A stretch of 64,000 nucleotides of DNA, taken from a virus. Taxonomy: Duplodnaviria; Heunggongvirae; Uroviricota; Caudoviricetes. The stretch is from the IMG/VR virus record IMGVR_UViG_3300045836_000008. The stretch is one strand, 5' to 3'. Positions within the stretch are counted from its first letter, which is position 1. Each line of letters opens with the position of its first letter. The notes under the pieces were generated by a model. The model worked only from the letters and a program-made list of their open reading frames with translations. It searched no databases and had not been told where the DNA came from. Below, one piece after another: positions 8,893 to 18,225 of the stretch. The translations under genes and the position numbers were made by a program.

Positions 8893-9399
8893 ATGCCCGA
8901 AGCCGAAGACGTAACAATCGCATTGCTGCAACGGGACTATGAACAGACGCAGCAGATCGTGTCCAAGATGGACACGGCAATCGAGAAGCTAACTGATCTT
9001 GGCGTTGACATGAAGCAGATGTTGGCGCTGCATGAACAACGAATTAACCGGCTTGAACAGATCGACAACGAAATTCATGGTCTTGTTGAAAAACGTCGAA
9101 CAGAACTACAGACGGACATCAAGGACGTGGATGCGAAATTGGCGAACACTATCAAGGAAATTACGGGCGACCTAGCCAACGTCGAGACACGCATCATGAA
9201 GGCCATCGCTGACGTGAAGGAAGACATCAAGTCCGACATCAAGACCGACAAGGAAGAGAAGGCCGAGTCCGACAAGGAACTGGTCAAGCGTGTCGAAAAG
9301 CTAGAGAAGTGGCGCTGGATGATGCTAGGCGGCGGTTTCGTCGTGGGCTTCATCATCGAGAAGGTTCTGCCCCTGCTTCTACCACACGTAGGTGGTTGA
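8893..9399 (+). CDS. hypothetical coiled-coil protein with C-terminal transmembrane segment
   Basis: Heptad-rich middle region and C-terminal WRWMMLGGGFVVGFIIEKVLPLLL segment. Confidence 0.5.
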   Translation: MPEAEDVTIALLQRDYEQTQQIVSKMDTAIEKLTDLGVDMKQMLALHEQRINRLEQIDNEIHGLVEKRRTELQTDIKDVDAKLANTIKEITGDLANVETRIMKAIADVKEDIKSDIKTDKEEKAESDKELVKRVEKLEKWRWMMLGGGFVVGFIIEKVLPLLLPHVGG

Positions 9400-9486
9400 C
9401 AAAACTCCCAGACTTGGGTATAAAGACGGCTTCGGTCGTCTTTTTGCATTTTGGGGCTTGCAAAATTCCCAAGCTTGTGAGATAAT
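9396..9486 (+). promoter_or_regulatory. two tandem family promoters flanking a UUCG-loop terminator
   Basis: TTGACA aaactcccagacttggg TATAAA, then terminator AGACGGC-UUCG-GUCGUCU + UUUUGCAUUUU (about 9424-9446), then TTGCAA aattcccaagcttgtga GATAAT. Precedes the primase. Confidence 0.6.
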
Positions 9487-9523
9487 ACGGTTTCGTTAGT
9501 CAAGCAACACCACGGAGTACCAC

Positions 9524-10576
9524 TTGCTGTACATTGACGTGAAATACGTCAGCTTCCTTGCATCACGGCTGCAACAGTTCAAGAAGAAGGACGCAAGTCT
9601 GTGGAACTGTCGCTGCCCCATCTGTCTCGATTCCGCAACGAACAAGACCAAGGCGCGTGGCTACATCTACATGCGCGAACAGCGTCTTTACTACATGTGC
9701 CACAACTGCGGCACATCGATGACGTTCGGAAGCTTCCTAGAGTCGGTCGATCCCGTTCTGTACGGCGAATACCGGCTGGAAGTCTATCGCGAGAAGAACA
9801 CCACGCAGATCGACCGGCGAAAGAAAGAACCGGAAGAGAAGGAAGTTGACGCGAGCCTGTTTAAGACCGATACAGCGTCCCGCCTGAAGGCGAAGGTGTC
9901 AATCCCCCAACCGTCCCTTCTGGACGGCCTGATGGACCGTTTAGACACGTTGCCGCCCGATCATGAAGCGGTGCGCTATGTGACTGGCCGGATGATCCCC
10001 AAGGACCAATTCCACAAGATGTACTTCATTCCGAACATGCTGGACATCGTTCAGCTATCGGATAAGTACGAAGGGCGCATCAAGACGCAAGAACCGCGCA
10101 TCGTCTTGCCCTTCTTCGATCTGAAGGGACAACTGACCGGCGTGACCTGTCGGGCCATACGCGGCGAATCGCTGCGCTACGTGGTTGTGAAGGTCAAGGA
10201 AGATGCGCCGCTGATCTTCGGCATCAACGACATCGACCGATCCAAGAAGGTGTACGTCTGCGAAGGCCCAATCGACAGCTTGTTCCTACCTAACGCAATC
10301 GCTGTCGGCGGCACATCGATGGGGAAGATCAACTTCCTTGGCCTGAAGGACACGACCATCATCTTCGACAATCAGCCGCGAAACAAGGATGTCTGCCGCA
10401 TCATGGAACGGGCCATCGACCACGGTTCAAACGTGGTCATCTGGAACAGCCGCATCGGCCCCAAGGACATCAACGCGATGCACGAAGCTGGCATCGACTA
10501 CCTGAAGGAAATCGAATCGAGTACGTATTCTGGACTCGAAGCGAAACACAAATTCATCAACTGGAAGAAATGTTGA
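9524..10576 (+). CDS. 61: DNA primase (T4 gp61-like) with N-terminal zinc ribbon
   Basis: 350 aa against T4 gp61's 342. CRCPICLDS...CHNCG zinc finger, TOPRIM-like acidic motifs (CEGPIDSLF, IIFDNQ). Apparent TTG start 9 nt after GGAG; an alternative GTG lies at 9539. Confidence 0.85.
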   Translation: MLYIDVKYVSFLASRLQQFKKKDASLWNCRCPICLDSATNKTKARGYIYMREQRLYYMCHNCGTSMTFGSFLESVDPVLYGEYRLEVYREKNTTQIDRRKKEPEEKEVDASLFKTDTASRLKAKVSIPQPSLLDGLMDRLDTLPPDHEAVRYVTGRMIPKDQFHKMYFIPNMLDIVQLSDKYEGRIKTQEPRIVLPFFDLKGQLTGVTCRAIRGESLRYVVVKVKEDAPLIFGINDIDRSKKVYVCEGPIDSLFLPNAIAVGGTSMGKINFLGLKDTTIIFDNQPRNKDVCRIMERAIDHGSNVVIWNSRIGPKDINAMHEAGIDYLKEIESSTYSGLEAKHKFINWKKC

Positions 10577-10740
10577 AGTACAAAACCATTAGCGTCTACA
10601 ACGACACTGACACGTTCGATTGGAAGATCGAACAGCATGTCGATGAAGGCTGGTACGTGAACGGAAATATCGTCGTGGCTATCGACTGTGACGGCAACGT
10701 TCTGTACTCGCTGTTGATGTCAAAGAACGTGGCCGTATAA
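10570..10740 (+). CDS. small hypothetical protein (56 aa)
   Basis: ATG overlapping the primase stop (ATGTTGA). Below the ORF-track cutoff. Confidence 0.3.
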   Translation: MLKYKTISVYNDTDTFDWKIEQHVDEGWYVNGNIVVAIDCDGNVLYSLLMSKNVAV

Positions 10741-10742
10741 CC

Positions 10743-10991
10743 ATGCAAGCACGAATCATCAAACACTTCCCGCGTGACGAAGACACCGGGAAACTTCTGA
10801 GTGATGGCGACTACTATTACGTCACCGTCGAAATCCACGGCCACAAGGTCAAGAACTACGGCGACTCGTACCACGAAAAGGGTTTCGAACGTGCGCAAGC
10901 CTTCATCGAAGGTTACGCCCATGCCATCGGAATGACCAAGGGCGTCAGCATCACGTACAGTGAAGCCGAAGTCGAGTATGGCAACGCGTAG
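10743..10991 (+). CDS. hypothetical protein
   Basis: 82-aa ORF. Confidence 0.45.
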   Translation: MQARIIKHFPRDEDTGKLLSDGDYYYVTVEIHGHKVKNYGDSYHEKGFERAQAFIEGYAHAIGMTKGVSITYSEAEVEYGNA

Positions 10992-11316
10992 CCTACTCAA
11001 ACAGGCAATCGCATCGATGGCCGAATCGAACATCTTGGCATCGTGTTCGTACCTGTCAGACCCTTTGATTGCCGACGCGTACCGAAACAACGACAGATTT
11101 CAGGAACATGTGAAGTGGGACATGGCGCACCGTCTCACGGAACTGATCTTCGAACGCATGGATTACCGCGTCGATCACGACCATCCTTCAGGCGGAACAT
11201 GCTACACGGCATCAATCCGCGCATTCAATCAAAAACAGTGGGAAGACCTTGAACGTCAGCTAGACGACAAAGCCGCCCACAATCAAATCGTAGTCCTGAA
11301 CACGCATGACCATTGA
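10978..11316 (+). CDS. hypothetical protein
   Basis: ATG at 10978 in frame with track ORF 10960-11316 (the track start is GTG). Confidence 0.45.
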   Translation: MATRSLLKQAIASMAESNILASCSYLSDPLIADAYRNNDRFQEHVKWDMAHRLTELIFERMDYRVDHDHPSGGTCYTASIRAFNQKQWEDLERQLDDKAAHNQIVVLNTHDH

Positions 11317-12139
11317 AGCAAAAGTCGTTGCCGATTCCGTATGGGTCGATAACAAAAACAAGCCGCACCGAATCACCACACTGCAACTGAAGTACCCGCG
11401 ATTCATTCACGCGGAATTCATGACGCACCGCGTGTTCTCTCGCAATGCTTCGTCGTCCCGCGCGATTCCGGTGAAGAAGATTCTGTCGGCCATTTGGAAA
11501 GACCCGGCGATGCCGATCCATTGGGGCGCGAATCAAGCCGGTATGCAAGCGAAGGCCGAAGTATCGGACTTCAAACAATACGTCGCAGAAAAGCTGTGGC
11601 GTGGTTGCGGCAAGCTGGCCTGTACGTTCGCCTACGGCATGACCCTGATCGGTCTACACAAGCAGGTAGCGAACCGCATCACTGAACCGTGGCAACACAT
11701 CTCGGTCATCGTCACGGCGACCGAATGGAAGAACTTCTTCGACCTTCGCGATCACCCGGACGCACAACCCGAGATTCGCGAACTCGCGACGCAGATCAAG
11801 ATCGCGATGGAAGAGTCCGAACCCGAAGAACTGAAGAAGGGTGAATGGCATCTTCCGTATGTGTCCGAAGCCGAACGCACGATGTATTCGGACGAAGACC
11901 TGAAGAAGATTTCGGCGGCACGCTGCGCACGCGTCTCGTACCTGACGCATGATGGTCAGAAGCCGAATCCTGAAGCCGACATCAAGCTGCACGACCGTCT
12001 GGTTGGCTCGATCCCGATCCACGCATCACCAGTCGAACACCAAGCAACCCCGTCGATGACGAACAACTGGTACAAGAACTTCCGTGGTTGGATTCAGTAC
12101 CGCGTCGAAGTCGAAAAGATGAACTTGAAAACACGATGA
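11306..12139 (+). CDS. thyX: FAD-dependent thymidylate synthase ThyX
   Basis: ThyX signature RHRxxSxxxxSxR (MTHRVFSRNASSSRAIP), 277 aa. Confidence 0.9.
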   Translation: MTIEAKVVADSVWVDNKNKPHRITTLQLKYPRFIHAEFMTHRVFSRNASSSRAIPVKKILSAIWKDPAMPIHWGANQAGMQAKAEVSDFKQYVAEKLWRGCGKLACTFAYGMTLIGLHKQVANRITEPWQHISVIVTATEWKNFFDLRDHPDAQPEIRELATQIKIAMEESEPEELKKGEWHLPYVSEAERTMYSDEDLKKISAARCARVSYLTHDGQKPNPEADIKLHDRLVGSIPIHASPVEHQATPSMTNNWYKNFRGWIQYRVEVEKMNLKTR

Positions 12140-12489
12140 TAGACAAAGAAGAAATATTGAACCGTGCCGTCGAAGAAGCACGCGCGGCACTCGCGAAAGC
12201 AGAAGCAGAACTCGAAGCATTCCTTCGTAGCCCGGAACGATTCCGCTACGAAGACCTTGACGAAGCATATGAACTCGAATGGGACTTGCTGGAACGCGCT
12301 GGCGAAGATTGTGAAGGGTCTTACAACGTAGGCCACGACGAGTACCGTCAAGAGTTCTACATCGGTGACAAGAAGTACGTCGCGATCCTGTTCAAGATCG
12401 AATACAACCGTCACGACAAGCGCTACTACTACGTTGATGGTCACAAGTTCCGCATCGAAGACGAAGATGGCAACGTACAGGCAACGTAA
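12136..12489 (+). CDS. hypothetical protein
   Basis: ATG overlaps the thyX stop (ATGA). 117 aa. Confidence 0.45.
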   Translation: MIDKEEILNRAVEEARAALAKAEAELEAFLRSPERFRYEDLDEAYELEWDLLERAGEDCEGSYNVGHDEYRQEFYIGDKKYVAILFKIEYNRHDKRYYYVDGHKFRIEDEDGNVQAT

Positions 12490-12751
12490 CGTACCGACCA
12501 TCGAAGCATTCCAACTTCCCGACCCGGACGATGATGACGGCATTGCAGCCTTCCACGACTGGTCGGAGAAGTGGAACTTCGAGTGGGAATCAGATCGTGA
12601 CTGCACGATCAGCTTCAGGAAGAAGCAAACGATGGCCGCTGAAGAGTGGGTCAACGTGAAGGCCGGTGACTGGATCATCTTCAGTCCGTTTGACTTCTAC
12701 ACAATGGATGACAAGTCCTTCCGTCAATACTACGAACAAATCGAAGAGTAA
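12467..12751 (+). CDS. hypothetical protein
   Basis: ATG at 12467. The upstream part of the track ORF is out-of-frame overlap with the previous gene. Confidence 0.45.
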   Translation: MATYRQRNVPTIEAFQLPDPDDDDGIAAFHDWSEKWNFEWESDRDCTISFRKKQTMAAEEWVNVKAGDWIIFSPFDFYTMDDKSFRQYYEQIEE

Positions 12752-12818
12752 TGGGTTTCCGCTACTACACCAAGAAGCTTGACATCTTCGAAGCAACCTA
12801 CGACATCGTTTAAAGCAA

Positions 12819-13262
12819 ATGCAAATCAAGATTGAACGCGAAAGCGCAGATGTGAAAGTCCCGACCTACGGCACTGCTGGTGCAGCATGCTTCGACATCG
12901 CAGCCTACATGCCCGGTGAAGACCGTCGATTCATTGCACCCGGTGGTGCAGAGTTCTTCAAGACGGGCCTGAAGTTTGAAGTGCCCGAAGGCTATGTGAT
13001 GCTGGCCTTCTCGCGCAGTGGTCACGGCTTCAAAGATGGCATCCGTCTGGTCAACTGCGTCGGTGTGATCGACAGCGACTATCGCGGCGAACTCGGTGTC
13101 AAGCTGCACAACGACAGCAAGAAGATGTTCAGTGTTGCTGACGGTGATCGTGTCGCACAAGCGATGATTCTGCCGGTCGCACAAGTCACGTTCGTTGAAG
13201 GTGAAGAACTGACGGCTACGGTGCGTGGCGAAAACGGTTATGGGTCAACCGGCGTCCAATAA
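12819..13262 (+). CDS. dut: dUTP diphosphatase (trimeric dUTPase)
   Basis: dUTPase motifs AGAACFD, GVIDSDYRGELGVKLHN and a C-terminal motif-5-like segment. Confidence 0.9.
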   Translation: MQIKIERESADVKVPTYGTAGAACFDIAAYMPGEDRRFIAPGGAEFFKTGLKFEVPEGYVMLAFSRSGHGFKDGIRLVNCVGVIDSDYRGELGVKLHNDSKKMFSVADGDRVAQAMILPVAQVTFVEGEELTATVRGENGYGSTGVQ

Positions 13263-13276
13263 ATAGTTCTCCCAAT

Positions 13277-13310
13277 AAAGCCAAAGTTAAACGCCTTTTC
13301 TTTGGCTTTA
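13277..13310 (+). terminator. putative terminator (AAAGCCAAAG...CUUUGGCUUU stem, 13-nt loop)
   Basis: 10-bp perfect inverted repeat immediately after the dut stop. U-rich but without a clean U-tract. Confidence 0.5.
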
Positions 13311-13338
13311 TGAAGATTCTTGAATAACAAACCACACC

Positions 13339-13722
13339 ATGTTCACACTCTCTGAACTCAAATTTGCCGTTGTGTCGCTTGCACTGATCGCTGCTATCGG
13401 TGGTTCTTTCTTCTACGGTCAGCATACGCAGAAGGAATTCGACGGCCTGTTGGCTGCGAAGCAACAACAAGTCATGCAGACGAAGATCGACGCGGAGACG
13501 GATCGACGCAACCAGATTGCCAGTGTCTTCGAAGACAAGCTGGACAACCTGCACATCGTCAACACAACGATCAACCGCACGGTGAAGACCGAACTTCAGA
13601 AGCAAATCTACACGGACTGCAAACTGCCGGATTCCGGCGTTGCACTTATCAACAACAATGCTGACCTGTTGAACGCATCACGTCACGGATCGGCATCTGC
13701 ACCTGTAGCTGCATCCCAATGA
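13339..13722 (+). CDS. inner-membrane spanin (Rz-like i-spanin)
   Basis: N-terminal TM (FAVVSLALIAAIGGSFFY) plus a periplasmic coiled-coil. Adjacent to a lipoprotein gene, as in T4 pseT.3/pseT.2. Confidence 0.6.
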   Translation: MFTLSELKFAVVSLALIAAIGGSFFYGQHTQKEFDGLLAAKQQQVMQTKIDAETDRRNQIASVFEDKLDNLHIVNTTINRTVKTELQKQIYTDCKLPDSGVALINNNADLLNASRHGSASAPVAASQ

Positions 13723-13994
13723 AAAAGCTGATCGCATCCCTTTCGATTTGCGCGGCGCTGGCCGCGTGCGGTACTGCACCGCCAAAGCCAGAACTTGCGC
13801 CTATCGCGACACCGGCTGACCTGACCCGTCAGTGCCCGGACCTGCAACACATCGACTCACAAGCAACACTCGGTACGGCGATGACCTACATCACCGACCT
13901 TCAGAAGCAGTACACCGTCTGTGCCACGCGCAATGACTCCCTTCGTGAAGTGACAACCCCTGTGCAACAAACGTCCACTTCACAAGGCAAGTGA
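13719..13994 (+). CDS. outer-membrane lipoprotein spanin (Rz1-like o-spanin)
   Basis: Lipoprotein signal with lipobox LAAC-G, Pro-rich mature part. Start overlaps the i-spanin stop. Confidence 0.6.
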   Translation: MKKLIASLSICAALAACGTAPPKPELAPIATPADLTRQCPDLQHIDSQATLGTAMTYITDLQKQYTVCATRNDSLREVTTPVQQTSTSQGK

Positions 13995-15016
13995 TGGCAA
14001 CACCGAACATTCAAAAGAAGACAGACAGTCTCATTACGCAGTACCCCGAAGTAGAACAGTTCACGAAGAAGCAACTCTCTATCTTCTGGCTTCCTGATGA
14101 ACCCAAGGTCGAAAAGGACGTGCAGGATGTCTTGGTCAACATGACTAAGGCTGAAAAGCATGGCGTCACGACGACCCTGAAGCTGTTCACGAAGTACGAA
14201 CTGAAGGCCGGTGCTGAATACTGGTCTGGACGCTTCAAACGGCGCTTCCCGCGCCCCGAATTTCAAGAGATGGCATCCACGTTCGCCATGTTCGAACTGG
14301 CCGTCCACAAGCGCTTCTATCAGCGCATCAACGAACTGACGTTCCTTCACACGGACGAGTTCTATAACAGCTACACCGAAGACCCTATCCTGAAAGCACG
14401 GATGGACTTCATTGACGAAATCATCTCGGACAAAGACGACTTGGTTTCGCTCGCAGGGTTCGCATTGGTTGAAGGCGCGATCCTGTACACATCGTTCGCA
14501 TTCCTGAAGCACTTCCAGCAGCAAGGCAAGAACAAGCTGCTGAACGTGGTACGTGGCATCAACTTCAGTGTGCGTGACGAGAACCTTCACTCGCTGGCCG
14601 GTGCATGGGTCTTCCTGAAGTTGCTGGAAGAACTGAACCCCGATCCCGAGTATCGCGCGAAGCTGAAGGAACGCATCTTCGCGATGGCACGTGCGCTGTA
14701 TGAACACGAATGTCGCATCGTGGACATGATCTTCGAAGAAGGCAACATCCCCGGCATCACCGCCCACCAGTTGAAGAACTTCGCGATGTCGCGGATCAAC
14801 GAAGTGCTGGCGAATCTGGGCTTCGAGAAGCTTGAAAAGGTCGAGTACAACCCGATTGCTGAATGGTTCTACAAGGCCATCAACAGCTACACCTTCAACG
14901 ACTTCTTCAGCGGCATGGGTGCGCAGTATCACCGCGATTGGGACGAAGACGCCTTCGTGTGGAAAACAAAAGCAGTACGAGAAGCAGAAGAAGCAGAACA
15001 ACAGGTGCAAGCATGA
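13994..15016 (+). CDS. nrdB: ribonucleotide reductase class I beta (R2) subunit
   Basis: Ferritin-like diiron ligands (FALVEGAILYTSF, VRDENLHS, E..H pairs) and a radical Tyr region. C-terminal tail reaches the nrdA start. Confidence 0.85.
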   Translation: MATPNIQKKTDSLITQYPEVEQFTKKQLSIFWLPDEPKVEKDVQDVLVNMTKAEKHGVTTTLKLFTKYELKAGAEYWSGRFKRRFPRPEFQEMASTFAMFELAVHKRFYQRINELTFLHTDEFYNSYTEDPILKARMDFIDEIISDKDDLVSLAGFALVEGAILYTSFAFLKHFQQQGKNKLLNVVRGINFSVRDENLHSLAGAWVFLKLLEELNPDPEYRAKLKERIFAMARALYEHECRIVDMIFEEGNIPGITAHQLKNFAMSRINEVLANLGFEKLEKVEYNPIAEWFYKAINSYTFNDFFSGMGAQYHRDWDEDAFVWKTKAVREAEEAEQQVQA

Positions 15017-16710
15017 GTACGAACATCTACGAACAACTAAGCGAAGAGCGCAAAGAACTTCAAGCGCAAGGTCTTGTGCCCGAGTGGTACACGACTGCCG
15101 GTTGGCAGATGTTCAAAGACAAGTACATGTACGAGACGACGCATGTACGCGGTCAGTTCCAACGTATCGCTGACACGGCTGCTTCGCATCTCCCGGAGAC
15201 GATGCAACCGCTGGCCCGCGAGAAGTTCATGTGGCTTCTGTGGGACGGCATCCTGTCACCATCGACGCCTGTTCTCGCGAACACTGGCACGAATCGCGGC
15301 ATGTCCGTTTCGTGTTCGGGCGGCAAGATCGGTGATTCGGTCTACGACTTCTACAAGCACAAGCTTGAAGTCGCAATGCTGACGAAGAACGGGTTCGGCA
15401 CATCTGGCTATCTCGGTGGTATCCGTCCGCGTGGTTCGAAGATCAGCACTGGCGGCAAAGCGTCTGGCGTTCTCGATGTCTTCACTGGCATCATTGACGA
15501 CATGCGCAAGATCGCACAAGGCACGGCACGTCGCGGTGCATACGCGGGCTACCTTGAAGCAGACCACGGCGACTTTGATGAAGTGTGCGACTTCATCTAC
15601 AACAACCCCGACGACGCCAATATCGGTTGGGTCATCACCGACGAGTTCATCGACCGTCTTGAACAAGGTGATGCAGATACGCACCGTCGCTTCCGCAAGA
15701 TGCTGAAGCTGAAGATGGTACATGGTAAGGGCTACTTCTTCTTCGTGGACAAGGCGAACCGCCATCGTCCCGAGATGTATGTGAAGCACAACCTGTTCAT
15801 CAACAACAGCAACCTGTGCAGCGAAATCATGCTGTTCAACGATGAAGACCATACGTTCACGTGTGTGCTTTCTTCGATGAACGTGGCGAAGTACGACGAG
15901 TGGAAAGACACTGACGCGGTGTATTGGGCGACGATCTTCTTGGATTGTATTGCCGAAGACTTCATCAAGAAGGCACGCAACGTCCCCGGTCTTGAAGCTG
16001 CTGTCCGGTTCACTGAAAAGGGTCGTGCGCTTGGTCTAGGCCAGTGCGGTTTCCACACCTACCTTCAGCAAAACATGATCGCCTTCGAGTCCTTCGAAGC
16101 GCACATGAAGAACCTTGAAATCGCGAAGCACATCCACGACGAAAGTCTGCGTGCGTCGCAGTTCATGGCAGTCGAACTTGGTGAACCGGAATGGTGTAAG
16201 GGCTTCGGCGTTCGCAATACTCACCGTATCGCAATCGCGCCCACGAAGTCCACGGCGAACCTGATGGGCGGTGTGTCCGAAGGTATCAACCCGGACCCGG
16301 CATACGTCTACACGGCGTCTGGTGCAGCCGGTGAGATGGACCGCATCAACCCGGTGCTTCTGAAGCTGATGAAGGAACGTGGCGTCTATAACAAGCGCAC
16401 CGTTGCCGACATCGCAGACAAGCAGGGTTCCGTGCAGCACGTCACGTGGCTGAATGACGAAGAGAAGAAAGTCTTCAAGACCGCCTTCGAAATCGACATG
16501 ATGGCCGTGATCCGCATGGCATCCGCGCGTGGCCGTTACGTTGACCAGTGGCAGTCAGTGAACCTGTTCTTTGCTGCTGAAGAAGACGAAGCGTACATCG
16601 CGTACATCCACCAACAAGCCTTCCTTGACCCGAACATGCTGGCGCTGTACTACATCTACACGCAAGCCGGTGTGCAAGCCGCCAAGGGCGAATGCGAAGC
16701 GTGCCAGTAA
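15013..16710 (+). CDS. nrdA: ribonucleotide reductase class I alpha (R1) subunit, short form without N-terminal ATP-cone
   Basis: Active-site NxCSEI (NSNLCSEIML), C-terminal CEAC redox pair. ATG at 15013 overlaps the nrdB stop. 565 aa. Confidence 0.85.
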   Translation: MSTNIYEQLSEERKELQAQGLVPEWYTTAGWQMFKDKYMYETTHVRGQFQRIADTAASHLPETMQPLAREKFMWLLWDGILSPSTPVLANTGTNRGMSVSCSGGKIGDSVYDFYKHKLEVAMLTKNGFGTSGYLGGIRPRGSKISTGGKASGVLDVFTGIIDDMRKIAQGTARRGAYAGYLEADHGDFDEVCDFIYNNPDDANIGWVITDEFIDRLEQGDADTHRRFRKMLKLKMVHGKGYFFFVDKANRHRPEMYVKHNLFINNSNLCSEIMLFNDEDHTFTCVLSSMNVAKYDEWKDTDAVYWATIFLDCIAEDFIKKARNVPGLEAAVRFTEKGRALGLGQCGFHTYLQQNMIAFESFEAHMKNLEIAKHIHDESLRASQFMAVELGEPEWCKGFGVRNTHRIAIAPTKSTANLMGGVSEGINPDPAYVYTASGAAGEMDRINPVLLKLMKERGVYNKRTVADIADKQGSVQHVTWLNDEEKKVFKTAFEIDMMAVIRMASARGRYVDQWQSVNLFFAAEEDEAYIAYIHQQAFLDPNMLALYYIYTQAGVQAAKGECEACQ

Positions 16711-16711
16711 C

Positions 16712-17095
16712 ATGTTGCTAACCCCAGAACGAATGCTCTGGGTTCAAGCGCCATACTCGAAAGAGCGTGGCGCTTTTTCACGTGCGGCGTTTGCAACTAG
16801 CATCGACGTGAGAACCCTAGAAAGTCTGTACAACGAATCATCGCCGCGACCGTTGAATGAGATGGTCTGGCGTCGCCTGAAGAACTCGGATTCATGGAAC
16901 GTGCGCAAGCCCGCTGACGTGAAGGAAGACGTATCCGCGATGATCGACCTATTCAACACCGGTCGAGTCACGGCCCCGATCATCCTGAATCACGCAAGGG
17001 ACAAATACTGGCTTGTTGCGGGAGAACAACAGTTGCTTGTGGCCCGAGTTTCGGGTATCACTCCCAATGTCGTATTTGTTCGCACGTACCGATGA
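16712..17095 (+). CDS. hypothetical protein with ParB/sulfiredoxin-like N-terminal-domain character
   Basis: VTAPIILNHARDKYWLVAGEQQLLVARVSG resembles the ParB-like nuclease-domain core. Weak call. Confidence 0.35.
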   Translation: MLLTPERMLWVQAPYSKERGAFSRAAFATSIDVRTLESLYNESSPRPLNEMVWRRLKNSDSWNVRKPADVKEDVSAMIDLFNTGRVTAPIILNHARDKYWLVAGEQQLLVARVSGITPNVVFVRTYR

Positions 17096-17133
17096 CTTTG
17101 TGGTATAATGCGAACATTCCCAACAACGAGAGT

Positions 17134-17700
17134 ATGAACGCAGTGACGTATAGGCAATACATCAACATCGACATGGATGGCGTCCTTGTCGATTTCGACT
17201 CGCACTTCTATGACGTTCATGGCAAGTGGCCGCACGAAGTAGGCGAAGAGAACTTCTGGAAGGTCTTTGACACCAAGCGTGACGGTTTCTTCCGCGAGTG
17301 TCAGCCCTACGAAGGGCACAAAGAGTTCATGAAGGCCGTCTACCGGCTGGCCGACATCAAGGGCTATGGCGTCCGCATCCTGACCGCTTTGCCGCGCCGC
17401 AGCACACATCCCAAGGCCGCAGAAGAGAAGCAAGACTGGTGCAACATGCACGGACTGTCACACGTCCCGATGTGTACTGGCCCCTATGCCATCGACAAGC
17501 AGAAGTGGGTCAAGCATCCGCACGACATTCTGATCGATGACAAGCTTCTGAATATCGAACAGTGGCGAGCCAAAGGCGCGGTCGGCATCCACCACGAACC
17601 GGGCGACTTCGACGCGTCGTTGGAGAAGCTTCACCTGTTGTCCAGTTTCGCTGACTGCCCGCTGGTGGATCGAGCCAACCCGCACGTCCGCTTTCCGTGA
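17134..17700 (+). CDS. HAD-family 5'(3')-deoxyribonucleotidase-like phosphatase
   Basis: N-terminal DMDGVLVDF (HAD motif I), later ILIDDK (motif IV). ATG after AACGAGAGT. Confidence 0.65.
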   Translation: MNAVTYRQYINIDMDGVLVDFDSHFYDVHGKWPHEVGEENFWKVFDTKRDGFFRECQPYEGHKEFMKAVYRLADIKGYGVRILTALPRRSTHPKAAEEKQDWCNMHGLSHVPMCTGPYAIDKQKWVKHPHDILIDDKLLNIEQWRAKGAVGIHHEPGDFDASLEKLHLLSSFADCPLVDRANPHVRFP

Positions 17701-17978
17701 AAACCCTAATCTCGTACAACGATGACGGGACGTTGGTCCTGTACAACGCTGACGGGCTGATCGCGGTCATCAAGAAGTGCCCTTGGCAAGTGGCCCACTT
17801 GATGAGTGACGGGATGAAGGAAGCCCGCAACATCACCAAGTACAACCCCGAGAAGAGTCTATCCGAGATTCTTTCACATATTAACGAAGTCCCGACCGAT
17901 ATTCGCGAGTGGACTGACCAACACCCAGATAATGAACGCGATTCAAGAAATCCTGACTGTCTCCAACCGAATCCATAA
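17697..17978 (+). CDS. hypothetical protein (GTG start)
   Basis: ORF-track call. GTG overlaps the previous stop (GTGA). Confidence 0.35.
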   Translation: MKTLISYNDDGTLVLYNADGLIAVIKKCPWQVAHLMSDGMKEARNITKYNPEKSLSEILSHINEVPTDIREWTDQHPDNERDSRNPDCLQPNP

Positions 17979-18225
17979 TGACCGTGACCTTGATACGATT
18001 TTCTCGCATCTCGAAGGCGAAGTCGAAGAACTGATGTCAGAAATCGACAAGGTGTACTATGGTGACGAACCGGGCGAAGATGGCATTCTCGGTGAAGCCG
18101 TTGACGTTGCATTATGTGCGCTTGATGCCGCGATTATCGCAAACCCCGGCATTACCGAAGCGCAAATCAACGAAGTGGTCAGCCGGAAACTCGCCAAGTG
18201 GGAACGCATTTACGGCGCAAAATGA
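17932..18225 (+). CDS. MazG-like all-alpha NTP pyrophosphohydrolase
   Basis: EGEVEELMSEID...GDEPGEDGILGEAVDVALCAL matches the MazG/HisE-type EExxE...E...D metal-binding helices. Confidence 0.5.
   Translation: MNAIQEILTVSNRIHNDRDLDTIFSHLEGEVEELMSEIDKVYYGDEPGEDGILGEAVDVALCALDAAIIANPGITEAQINEVVSRKLAKWERIYGAK

Noticed and set aside
13901-15010. 369-aa minus-strand ORF
   Set aside because: It is antisense to nrdB, and the translation is composition-biased (Val/Leu/Phe/Glu) with no motifs. A GC-rich antisense artefact.
17092-17134. TATAAT-like hexamer (TGGTATAATG) upstream of the HAD nucleotidase
   Set aside because: There is no convincing -35 at the right spacing, and it lies inside the 3' end of the upstream ORF, so it was not called as a promoter.
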